Below are positions 22,005 to 30,782 of a stretch of 64,000 bases of DNA, in pieces (positions within the stretch are counted from its first letter, which is position 1; every line of letters starts with the position of its first letter). The notes below the pieces were generated by a model, which did no database searches, was not told the DNA's origin, and saw only the letters and a program-made list of their open reading frames with translations. The stretch is taken from assembly GCA_963794945.1 (NCBI GenBank), contig CAWCFT010000009.1, forward strand, positions 64,001 to 128,000. Direction: 5' to 3'. The position numbers and the translations under genes are program-made. Origin of the DNA: Endomicrobiales bacterium. GTDB taxonomy: Bacteria > Elusimicrobiota > Endomicrobiia > Endomicrobiales > CAWCFT01.

Positions 22005-22925
22005 CTATATTAATAATACACTATACTCATTTGTAATTTTCTTAATAATCATTTTTTCAATTGTTTTACTGAACTTCATAGGGCAATATCCGCTGTAGCA
22101 GGACCTGGATATTGTGATAATGGCAGGGTTGATAGCTTTATTTTTCAGCGTGTCGAATATTCTATTAATCTCTCCGTTTATAGCTTCGGTATCCTGAAAA
22201 TATTCTTTCACTCTGGACTTTTTATGGCTAACAACAACAATATACCTTCCATTGTCTTTAGAGAATTCTAACTTAATATTATCGTACAACAAATATTTAT
22301 TTTTCGATAATAATTCCCTTTTTAAATATTGCCCGCGCGTTATTTCAATAGTGTGAAACAGCTCATTGCCGACAGAATCCCTGCAGGCAAAATAGTCCAG
22401 ATCAATATCAAGCAATACTTTTTTATTTTGCGGAATATGATCCATATCACATATATGTGAATCGAAATGTTTTATGTCGGGGAAAGCTTTGGTGAACATT
22501 TTGTTTTTTATAGGCGGTTCACTGCTTTTCTCGCACTTAATTATTTTCCCTTCCCCAAAAACAGAATAGACGATCATTTTGTGGTCTTCGGGTTTAATTT
22601 TTCTCCATTTTGGAAATACAAAATAAGCGTTTTTTACTATTCCGCCAAGAATGGCCGGTAGGATAAAACTTCCTATATCGATTTGCATATCACCGCGGAT
22701 AAAATCATTATAATAACCCGCGTAATCGGCGTATTTATTCTTTGGTATGTAAATCGATTTTGACAGCGTATTCGGCGTACCCATATCGCTATGCGCATCC
22801 AAGTGCAATATATCCAACGGCTCATTAATATTATTTTTATTTTTTTCTTTATGCCAGCAATAAAATGATTCATTGTGTTCGTCAACAATATAGACTGGAA
22901 TTCTATTATTTTTTTTGGTTATCAT
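22005..22925 (-). CDS. UPF0489 family (arginase/deacetylase-like) protein
   Basis: VYIVDEHNE, LHLDAHSDM, IGSFILPA, LLDIDLDYF, ITISRS..SGYCP. Confidence 0.75.
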   Translation of the reverse strand: MITKKNNRIPVYIVDEHNESFYCWHKEKNKNNINEPLDILHLDAHSDMGTPNTLSKSIYIPKNKYADYAGYYNDFIRGDMQIDIGSFILPAILGGIVKNAYFVFPKWRKIKPEDHKMIVYSVFGEGKIIKCEKSSEPPIKNKMFTKAFPDIKHFDSHICDMDHIPQNKKVLLDIDLDYFACRDSVGNELFHTIEITRGQYLKRELLSKNKYLLYDNIKLEFSKDNGRYIVVVSHKKSRVKEYFQDTEAINGEINRIFDTLKNKAINPAIITISRSCYSGYCPMKFSKTIEKMIIKKITNEYSVLLI

Positions 22926-23186
22926 AATTTAATTCCTTATACATACCGCCTATTAATTTCGAGGTTGAATCCCAATAAGTCAAACTAAATGCTAAAATTT
23001 GTGAAGAGTGAGAGAGTAGAATAAATATCTATATTACTCATTAGTAAACCCGCACACAATATATTTTTGTTATTAGATCAGGAAGGGAACTTTCGAGCAT
23101 TTTTTCATCTCTATTTATGCCAAATGGTGACCCTTTTATCAGAGCCCTCTGAAATCTATTATGTTATCAGATAGTATTTAGACGCT

Positions 23187-24299
23187 TTACACTTTTAAGT
23201 CGGTATTTAAAACCCTCGTTTCAGGGAAGAGACCTTCATCGCGGGCAATTTTACAGAAGACAAAAGGCGCTAAAAACGATTTTTGCTCCCAATAAGCTTC
23301 CGCCCTGCATTTTCCAAGGCAGAAATTCTTCATCATGCACTTCCCGCAAATTCCCTCAAGCTTTAAAGGCACGTCTTTTCTGATAATATTAAGAATCTTG
23401 TTATTTTCCCACACCTGCTTAAGTTTTGTGTCCTTAATATTGCCCATATTGAGTTCTTTAACGACACTACCTATTCCGCAAATTGATATTGTCCCATCAC
23501 CCGTAATACCGATTATAGACTTTATTCCGCATACGCACTTTTCAGTTTTGAGCTCTTCTATTGTTTTAAACGCCGGAGGAATATCAAAACACAGCTTGAG
23601 TTTTTTCTTAAGCCTTGGTCTGGACATATAGCTTTTCATTTTTTTATTTGTTTTGAGTATTTCGCCAATAGTAAGCAATTCGCCTTTACTCTTCATAATA
23701 TCCGCGCGGGAAACATTCATTATCGGGTTTATCTTCAGGCTGTTCACCCGCAAGGCCGCGCAAAGATCTATCATTTGTTTCATTTTACTTTTGTTTTCGT
23801 TCCAAAGGCTGCATATTACTTGTAAACTTAGCCCGGGGTTATATTTTCTCAACTGCCTTATTCCGTTTACAGCATTTTTGAATGACCCTTTTACATTCCT
23901 GAGTTTTTCGTGTGTTTGTTCATCAGGCCCGTCCAATGATACCGCTACTTGCATCACTTTATAATCTCTTACAGCCTTAGCCTCTTTCTCGCCGATCAGG
24001 GTGCCGTTTGTTTCAATATGCATGTTCAATTGATTCTTTTTGATCCATTTAAACAGCTCTATAATATCTTTTCTTAAAAAAGGTTCTCCGCCGGTGATCT
24101 TCACTGTTCTAAGCCCCAGCTTTTTGGCTTGTTTTAGCGCGTTTATTATATAACGCAGCTCAATGTCTTTCTTGTTGCCGCCATTGTCATCAGGCATACC
24201 AGTAAAATCGGGGTTTATCCAGCAGTGCCTGCAGTTAAGGTTACAGTATTTTGAAAAATATAAATACACTGATTTTAAAAGATATTTTTTTGTTTTCAT
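23187..24299 (-). CDS. Radical SAM/SPASM maturase, SynChlorMet ScmF-like
   Basis: CNLNCRHCWINP, KITGGEP, FDIPPAF, CGI..IIGITGDGTISICGIG, CGKCMMKNFCLGKC, FPETR. Confidence 0.8.
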   Translation of the reverse strand: MKTKKYLLKSVYLYFSKYCNLNCRHCWINPDFTGMPDDNGGNKKDIELRYIINALKQAKKLGLRTVKITGGEPFLRKDIIELFKWIKKNQLNMHIETNGTLIGEKEAKAVRDYKVMQVAVSLDGPDEQTHEKLRNVKGSFKNAVNGIRQLRKYNPGLSLQVICSLWNENKSKMKQMIDLCAALRVNSLKINPIMNVSRADIMKSKGELLTIGEILKTNKKMKSYMSRPRLKKKLKLCFDIPPAFKTIEELKTEKCVCGIKSIIGITGDGTISICGIGSVVKELNMGNIKDTKLKQVWENNKILNIIRKDVPLKLEGICGKCMMKNFCLGKCRAEAYWEQKSFLAPFVFCKIARDEGLFPETRVLNTDLKV

Positions 24300-24302
24300 C
24301 GC

Positions 24303-25337
24303 TTAGTTTTCCCTTTTCCAGCAGTAAAGTTCAGTATTTTTAATCCCTCCGGGATAATGGTACGGGTAACACCTGTGCCCCCAGAAACAGATATACTGAT
24401 GCTCGCATTCAACGCATTCCGGCATTTTTGTAATATCAACATGCAGATCCTTCCTGAAACTCCGCAGCACTTTTGAATTTTTCCAAATCTCCTTAAAGCT
24501 GTTTTTGTAAAGGCTCCCGGCTTTTACTTCCCAAATAACTTCACACGGAGTCACTGATCCGTCAGGCCGAATAGCGCACCTGGAAGTTGCCGCACCGCAG
24601 GGTGGGACTGTTATTTCCTTCATTTTAGGTTTAAACTTGCCAAGCCCTTTCAATTTATCATTCTGCTGCAGGTACGAGCCCGTTATAAAACCCGGGTATA
24701 GTTTCGAAAGCTTGACAATTTCTTCGATCGCTTTCCGCTCTTCATCAGGTGAAACATACACTTCCTTAAGGAAACACGCTGCGTTCCCGCCGTAAAATAC
24801 GTGGTTAAACCTGACACTGCTTGCTCCGATCTCTTTTCCAAGCTTTACAACTTTTTCTATATCTCCGATATTAAGCTTGGTCACGGTAAACGAAAGAAGC
24901 GCCTGCCCGCCGTATTTGATAATATTTTTTATTCCTGCTACGGCGCGGTCAAACGTATTTTTGCCTCTTTGCCTTTCATGCGTACCTTTTGCGCCGTCTA
25001 TGGACACAACGTAAGACCTAATATTAAAATCTTTTATTAGCATTTTTGCCATTTTATCCGTCATAAGAGTGGCGTTAGTGTTCATCGAGATCTTAATTTT
25101 ATACTTTCGGAACCTTTCAAGAAGAGCCGGCAGGTCCTTCTTTACAAGCGGTTCCCCGCCAAAAATTGAGACATTGAATACTTTTGCCCGGCCCACTTCG
25201 TCGATAACGCTAAGCATCTTTTCAGTGGACATATCTCTTTCCCCCCAGCTTTGCTTGACTCCGCAATGCCTGCATCGTTGGTTGCATTTGCCTGTTACAG
25301 TGAAACATAATGACGTAGGTGCGGAATATATCTTCAT
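24303..25337 (-). CDS. Radical SAM/SPASM maturase, SynChlorMet ScmE-like
   Basis: APTSLCFTVTGKCNQRCRHC, FGGEP, CGAATSRCAIRPDGSVTPC, CVECEHQYIC..HRC. Confidence 0.8.
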   Translation of the reverse strand: MKIYSAPTSLCFTVTGKCNQRCRHCGVKQSWGERDMSTEKMLSVIDEVGRAKVFNVSIFGGEPLVKKDLPALLERFRKYKIKISMNTNATLMTDKMAKMLIKDFNIRSYVVSIDGAKGTHERQRGKNTFDRAVAGIKNIIKYGGQALLSFTVTKLNIGDIEKVVKLGKEIGASSVRFNHVFYGGNAACFLKEVYVSPDEERKAIEEIVKLSKLYPGFITGSYLQQNDKLKGLGKFKPKMKEITVPPCGAATSRCAIRPDGSVTPCEVIWEVKAGSLYKNSFKEIWKNSKVLRSFRKDLHVDITKMPECVECEHQYICFWGHRCYPYHYPGGIKNTELYCWKREN

Positions 25338-25533
25338 CGCTTATCTCCTCTCAAACACTAACTTCCTGCTTAAAGACAAACTTTTTGAGTTGTGGCACAG
25401 GCTCTAAATTCGAAGGGTTCCATGTCGCTGGAGTGATTGAACAAGCTTAGCCTTTGCTTTATCCGCTTCAAAGTGTATTATTTCTGTCTCCGGCCATAAA
25501 CAGTTCCAGCAGTCGTTGACTAAACCATTGATA

Positions 25534-25797
25534 TTAATCCGCCCGCAACAGTATCTTTGATTTAACCAGGTCTTTAATTATGTTATTAATATCATCTTTA
25601 ATGTCATCTATTTTAGCCACGTAGGCCTTTGACAGCTCACCGTAAATATTTTCAATGTCCAGCCCTTTGTTTACCATTTGCCATACCTCACTGCCTGTCT
25701 TGTTAAGGTAACAATTTTCATTTGTATCAATGTTTACTATCACAACCTCGCCGTCAATATCCCGCCAAAGAACATCCTTGTTAATTTTATATTTCAT
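25534..25797 (-). CDS. PqqD family RiPP recognition element
   Basis: WRDIDGEVVIV..LNKTGSEVWQM...DINNIIKDLVKSKIL. Confidence 0.85.
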   Translation of the reverse strand: MKYKINKDVLWRDIDGEVVIVNIDTNENCYLNKTGSEVWQMVNKGLDIENIYGELSKAYVAKIDDIKDDINNIIKDLVKSKILLRAD

Positions 25798-26071
25798 TTC
25801 CCGCCTCCAGCAAGCCGTCCTTTTTCATTTTTTTAATGAATAATAATATATCCGGCCTTATCTTTTTATTGTTTTTGCCGTACTTATCTGTTGCTTTTGC
25901 GATAATATCTTCGATGCTGTATTTTCCGTTGCAAAACCCGCATATATATGCGCCGGTTTCATTGAGCGTTTCCATACTCCCTGTTTCCGAATTAAATACA
26001 ATAGCCTCTTTGCCTTCGCGCCTGAAAACTATTTTTGGGTTTATAACGAAATAAATATTTTTCCTACTCAT
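25787..26071 (-). CDS. PqqD family RiPP recognition element (ScmD-like)
   Basis: NPKIVFRRE..AIVFN..LNETGAYI..CNGKYSIEDI..FIKKMKKDGLL; SD AGGAGG. Confidence 0.85.
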   Translation of the reverse strand: MSRKNIYFVINPKIVFRREGKEAIVFNSETGSMETLNETGAYICGFCNGKYSIEDIIAKATDKYGKNNKKIRPDILLFIKKMKKDGLLEAGNEI

Positions 26072-26329
26072 CAAAACCTCCTGTGCCGCTTTATGTAAAT
26101 AATTTCTTGAATCGGCTTTTTAATAAACCTCGATTTTTTATTCCTGTTCCACCTAACCTGTCATTCAGCAATGAATTGCCGCACGTTAAGTGTTATAAAC
26201 AGCAGCCTTTTTCATGGAATGTTGAAAATCCGTTTATGGTTTAGCGGCTGGACACATTTTTAAACTGGGCTCACAGTTATTGTTAAGAATTGGTATTTTA
26301 TCTTATGGATTCTTTTAAGCCAAAAAATA

Positions 26330-26539
26330 TTAGTCCAGCGGAGCTGTGCCTGGCCCACATGTGCTAAAAGGATAGCTACCTCGGACACATTCCCCTTCCG
26401 AAACACCACTACTACCACCAACGCACAGCGGAAGCGCACTGTATCCGGATGCTTCAAACTTGTAGTCTGTTTTGTTCCCGAATAGTATCTTTTCAGGTTT
26501 TATCCATTTCATCTTGCTTTGCTTCTTCCTGCTTTTCAT
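26330..26539 (-). CDS. RiPP precursor F (3 CxxG)
   Basis: KWIKPEKILFGN leader; core CVGG, CVRG, CGPG. Confidence 0.8.
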   Translation of the reverse strand: MKSRKKQSKMKWIKPEKILFGNKTDYKFEASGYSALPLCVGGSSGVSEGECVRGSYPFSTCGPGTAPLD

Positions 26540-26618
26540 CTTTCTTTCTCCCAAAACAACTTACACCATTGGTTAGCTGTTGTGTTATGACAAGATTGCT
26601 GGAAGTTTTCAACATCTG

Positions 26619-26837
26619 TCACCATTCTATTATAGGCCTGTTACCAGTATTGCAAGTGTTTACTCCGACAGCGGCACCACCGCCATTACATATATAGCCT
26701 GCAAAACCTTCACCACCGGTGACGCACTGAAAATCGTATCCGGATGCTTCAAACTCGTAGTCTATTTTGTTCCCAAATATTATCTTTTCGGGTTTTATCC
26801 ATTTCATCTTTTTATGTTTCCTGATGTTTTTATTCAT
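26619..26837 (-). CDS. RiPP precursor E (3 CxxG)
   Basis: KWIKPEKIIFGN; CVTG, CNGG, CNTG. Confidence 0.8.
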   Translation of the reverse strand: MNKNIRKHKKMKWIKPEKIIFGNKIDYEFEASGYDFQCVTGGEGFAGYICNGGGAAVGVNTCNTGNRPIIEW

Positions 26838-26890
26838 TTTTCCCAATCCTGGAATCTGGCCTGCAATGGCCAGGCATCTCGCCCGTACTG

Positions 26891-27178
26891 CTACTGCGCT
26901 ATCGGCGCAACAGTAACAATTTGACCGTCGCTACACGCATTCCTGCTAGGGCCAACAGCGCTGATACCTAGGCTACAATCATACAAAGCAGTGTTACCGT
27001 ACGTACAATCTGACGCATTGCCGCTACCACTAATACAACCGAGACCAGCAACACAAGATGCCGCATCGCCAATACCAGTGGAACAATTGGCAGCTACAAT
27101 CATTGCTTCATTCCCAAAGGAGATTTTTTCAGGTTTTATCCATTTTATTTGTTTTTGTTTCCTAACGTTTTTATTCAT
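26891..27178 (-). CDS. RiPP precursor D (6 CxxG)
   Basis: KWIKPEKISFGN; CSTG, CVAG, CISG, CTYG, CSLG, CSDG. Confidence 0.8.
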   Translation of the reverse strand: MNKNVRKQKQIKWIKPEKISFGNEAMIVAANCSTGIGDAASCVAGLGCISGSGNASDCTYGNTALYDCSLGISAVGPSRNACSDGQIVTVAPIAQ

Positions 27179-27376
27179 TCTTTATCCAATTACTAGATTA
27201 TTGAAAACCCCAACAAGGCTCAACTTGATCATCCGGACTTCATCTACATTCACTCGCCCTCTTTCTATATTTGTTTCAATTAAATCAAGACAGGGCCCAA
27301 TTTACCTGTCATGCAATCGTAATTATTCTAGGGTTAGAATAAACATCACCACTTAAGCTGAAGAAAGATTATAAAG

Positions 27377-27613
27377 CTACCTCAACATGGGGTTGCCGCC
27401 TCCAGTACAATCGCTAGAAGGGTACGAACCGCCTGAACAGTGCAAGCCTTGGTTACCTGGGGTACACGAAAAAGCGCCTCCACCACTACTGCATTGGTTA
27501 GCATCACTGCCGCCGGAAGTACAATTAGCAGATGAAATAATTGAGTCATTACCGAATACTATCTTTTCAGGTTTTATCCATTTCGTTTTACTTTGCATCT
27601 TTCTGTTTTCCAT
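27377..27613 (-). CDS. RiPP precursor C (5 CxxG)
   Basis: KWIKPEKIVFGN; CTSG, CSSG, CTPG, CSGG, CTGG; SD AAGGAG. Confidence 0.82.
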   Translation of the reverse strand: MENRKMQSKTKWIKPEKIVFGNDSIISSANCTSGGSDANQCSSGGGAFSCTPGNQGLHCSGGSYPSSDCTGGGNPMLR

Positions 27614-27695
27614 TATTTCTCCTTCAATAGCTTACGCCATTAGTAAACTGTTGTGCCCTGACAAAATTGCCGGAAGTTTTCTATATCTGTTAAAT

Positions 27696-27899
27696 TTATT
27701 CTGCAGCACCGACGCCCGGAGTGCAAGGACTTCCAGTATCGTCGGAACCACCGTTACAAAGAAGAACAGCACGATTGCCAGGGCCACACTGATGGCCGAT
27801 ATCGTATCCAGCTGCTGTAAACTCGTGGCCCAAATTGTTCCCGAATACTATCTTTTCAGGTTTTATCCATTTTATCTTACTTTGATCTTTTTTTGTCAT
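27696..27899 (-). CDS. RiPP precursor B (3 CxxG)
   Basis: ATG at 27899 after GGAG; KWIKPEKIVFGN; CGPG, CNGG, CTPG. Confidence 0.8.
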   Translation of the reverse strand: MTKKDQSKIKWIKPEKIVFGNNLGHEFTAAGYDIGHQCGPGNRAVLLCNGGSDDTGSPCTPGVGAAE

Positions 27900-28019
27900 T
27901 TTTCTCCAAGTTGCTTGTGCTTGTTCTGAACACAACCTTTTGCTGTATCTCCTTGGCAAAGCCACATCAGTCATCTGTATGGATACAGCGTACGCAAAAA
28001 GTTCCGCGGATATACGCCG

Positions 28020-28271
28020 CTATAACATTTTTATAGGGCGAATACCTGGGTTGCAAGGGCTGCCATCTCCACCGCCTGTCCAGCAAGCGGTATAATCAGC
28101 GCCATTGCCAGAGCTACACATATTACCAGACGGTTGAGTCGAGCCATCTTGACAACCTGCAGGTATAGTGTATCCAGCTGCATTAAAATTGTCACCCATA
28201 TCGTTCCCAAATGTGATTTTTTCAGGCTTTATCCATTTCATGTTATTTTGATTCTTTCTGTTCTTTGTCAT
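28020..28271 (-). CDS. RiPP precursor A (4 CxxG)
   Basis: KWIKPEKITFGN; CQDG, CSSG, CWTG, CNPG. Confidence 0.8.
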   Translation of the reverse strand: MTKNRKNQNNMKWIKPEKITFGNDMGDNFNAAGYTIPAGCQDGSTQPSGNMCSSGNGADYTACWTGGGDGSPCNPGIRPIKML

Positions 28272-28296
28272 TTTCTTTTCCAATATTATTTATAAT

Positions 28297-29567
28297 CACT
28301 TCTGTCCGGTTAAAAAGCGAACGCCATTGTTAGTTGGCGGTCTGTGTTTTTGATTTTAGGCAGCAATCGATCATTCAAATTAAGTAAGTCAATGAGATTG
28401 AGGCGTTCAAGAAGCGTTTCCTGAATGACTTTGTGCAGGTAGAACAGTGAATATTTATATTTTGACTGATATTTGATGTAAGACAGAAGCAAGTAGTAGC
28501 ACATGGCAATCCAGATCTGCGTAAGCACAGCGTTCTTTGAAGTGCCAAAGAATGTTTTGATTTTAAGGTTCTGCTTGATCCACTTGAAAAAGACTTCAAC
28601 TTGCCAGCGGGCTTTATAGATACCAGCAATAGTAGAAGCGGCAAGCTTGAAGTTGTTGGTAATAAAAACAAGCAGTTTATCGGTTTGCTTGTCATAGTAA
28701 CGGATCAAGCGCAGTTCTTTGGGATAATCCTGCTTCTGATAAAAGCCGTTCAAGGCGATAATTTCATCTGAAATTACGCTGTTTTTTGATGATTCAGGAT
28801 GCTGTCCGGAAACAGTGTAATTGATGTTGTCTTTGGCTCTGGTAACGAAGAAAGCGCCTACTGTGTCTATTGAATTAAACCAGGCAAAGTCTATATAGCC
28901 CTTGTCCATGCAGTAGATGCTGTCCGGCACAATGTCAAAAGAAGAACGGGCAACGGTTATTTCGTGCTTTTTGGCATCTGTGACAACCATGAACGTGGGT
29001 ATCTGCCCGGCATGGTCTAACTGGCAATGCAGTTTTATAGCCCCTTTGGTAGTGCGGAATTTTGCCCATGAAAACATTGACAGGCACAAGTCAATGACTG
29101 TGGCGTCAAAAATGAACAATGGGTTTTTAAACTTGAATTTGTGTGTAGGGGTTATATTCTTACAGCGTTCAAGCAAGGCATAAAACAACCCTTCATATAT
29201 GCGGTAGTCGCGTTTCTGGTTGGCATCGGCAAGAGTAGAACGGCGCACAATGGCAAGGCCGACATGGTAGAGCTTTCCGGCTTGCGCCAGAAAAGCATTA
29301 ACAATATCACGCAAGCTGTCCTTGCCGCTGATTTGGGCATAAAGCATGACTGTTAGTTGTTTCCAGCAATTGAAGGTTTTGACGTATCTGTCCCCGAAAT
29401 GACGAGAAACGAGGTTTTCAAAACGATGTCTCGGAATAAACGTTTGCAATTGGTTCATGATAGTGTTATAATGCATCTTATCAATCCTCCGTCAGTAGAT
29501 TTGTTCCTTTGCAGAAACATTCTACCTGATCGGGGGATTTTATTCAAATTTTAACCGGACAGGTGTG
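28297..29567 (-). mobile_element. IS4-family insertion sequence, 1271 bp
   Basis: 19-bp terminal IRs CACTTCTGTCCGGTTAAAA / CACACCTGTCCGGTTAAAA (17/19 identical); 9-bp target duplication ATTTATAAT at 28288-28296 and 29568-29576. Confidence 0.92.
28310..29476 (-). CDS. IS4 family DDE transposase (DUF4372 N-terminus)
   Basis: SLRDI, RSTLADAN, FDAT, MDKGY, YKARWQVEVFFKWIKQNL (Y-R-E-K motif). Confidence 0.95.
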   Translation of the reverse strand: MHYNTIMNQLQTFIPRHRFENLVSRHFGDRYVKTFNCWKQLTVMLYAQISGKDSLRDIVNAFLAQAGKLYHVGLAIVRRSTLADANQKRDYRIYEGLFYALLERCKNITPTHKFKFKNPLFIFDATVIDLCLSMFSWAKFRTTKGAIKLHCQLDHAGQIPTFMVVTDAKKHEITVARSSFDIVPDSIYCMDKGYIDFAWFNSIDTVGAFFVTRAKDNINYTVSGQHPESSKNSVISDEIIALNGFYQKQDYPKELRLIRYYDKQTDKLLVFITNNFKLAASTIAGIYKARWQVEVFFKWIKQNLKIKTFFGTSKNAVLTQIWIAMCYYLLLSYIKYQSKYKYSLFYLHKVIQETLLERLNLIDLLNLNDRLLPKIKNTDRQLTMAFAF

Positions 29568-29645
29568 ATTTATAATAATTAATAACTGCCTTTGTTCTGA
29601 AGCCCGATCACGGATTTCCGGCAATACAAACACATTATGTGAGGA

Positions 29646-30749
29646 TCAAGTATTATCAATTATTCCATATAACTTTTTCATCGCCGTTTCGAACGTTTTT
29701 TCGCCGAAACGCCTTTTTGCCATATTAAAGGCGTTAAATGACAGCTTGTTCCAAAGCATTTCGTTATTATATACTTTTACTACCTTTTTCGCAAACTCTT
29801 CCGGCTTATCAGCGACTAAAACCTCTCTGCCGTGTTTCGCGCCTATGCCTTCGACACCGATCGAACTCGTCACAACCGGGGTCCTTGAGATCATTGAATC
29901 AACTATCTTCTTCTTTACACCCGCCCCATAACGCATGGGGCATACAAAAACACGGTATTTGCCGAGCTCATCAAAAATATCATCTACGCGCCCATGGGTC
30001 AGTAAACCTCCGCCCATTCTATGAAAATGGTCCGCCCCATTGCCTGCCACATGGAATTTTATGCTGGGGATCTTTTTTTTGATCAAAGGAAATATTTTTC
30101 TCATAAAATATTTTATAGTATCGTCATTGGCCCCTTCATTTCCGTATTGCCCGAAAAACACAAGGCCGGACCTTTCCGCGAACTTTCTCGGAACTGTTCC
30201 CTTTTCAGGAACTTCCGTGGGCGTAGGTATGATCATTATTCTTTTGCCTGGAAGTTCTTTCCTGAATATATCCCTTTCGGGCTTTGATATTGCGATTAGC
30301 GTGTCAGCCAGCTTGAGCCCTTCAAGTTCATTAATTTTACTTTTTCTAAAAAAAGAATCACGGCTTTTTACGCCGTTTATTTGCATTTCTCTTCTTTGCC
30401 TGATGTATGTGATCTCATGAGTGTCAACAATAATGCGGTTAAATAACGGCAGGCAGCTGCGGAAACCGGCTATGCAGTAATATGACCTGAATATCGCTGT
30501 TTTTATTCTGTTTTTTAAAATAAACCTGTTGATGTTTGCAACATGATTCTTATCCAACGGAAAAACAATTTTTACTCCCATATCTATAAGCGCTTTGCCG
30601 CTTAAACCACTATTCCATCGGACGGTGAGCGGCAGCAGAAACACTCTGTACCTTTTTGCCAGGCTTTTACAAAGGCGGTAAACCCTCCAGTCTCCTGCAT
30701 TAGTTTCAAAATGTGGGATATGAGTGACGACAACAAGGATGCTTTTCAA
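29646..30749 (-). CDS. Glycosyltransferase, GT-B fold (family 4-like)
   Basis: IIVDTHE, VFVCPMRYGAGVKKKIVDSM..TPVVTSSIGVEG. Confidence 0.85.
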   Translation of the reverse strand: MKSILVVVTHIPHFETNAGDWRVYRLCKSLAKRYRVFLLPLTVRWNSGLSGKALIDMGVKIVFPLDKNHVANINRFILKNRIKTAIFRSYYCIAGFRSCLPLFNRIIVDTHEITYIRQRREMQINGVKSRDSFFRKSKINELEGLKLADTLIAISKPERDIFRKELPGKRIMIIPTPTEVPEKGTVPRKFAERSGLVFFGQYGNEGANDDTIKYFMRKIFPLIKKKIPSIKFHVAGNGADHFHRMGGGLLTHGRVDDIFDELGKYRVFVCPMRYGAGVKKKIVDSMISRTPVVTSSIGVEGIGAKHGREVLVADKPEEFAKKVVKVYNNEMLWNKLSFNAFNMAKRRFGEKTFETAMKKLYGIIDNT

Positions 30750-30782
30750 GTAACGTTCCTTTTGCTTTAGCCTTACTCTTCT

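Noticed and set aside
25340..25530. Possible missing small gene between PqqD and the ScmE-like gene
   Set aside because: No start/SD-supported ORF or recognisable motif found by manual translation
26330..28271. Recurrent TTTTCAGGTTTTATCCATTT motif suggesting a CRISPR-like array
   Set aside because: It is the coding sequence of the KWIKPEK leader; spacing is 300-400 bp and no cas genes are present
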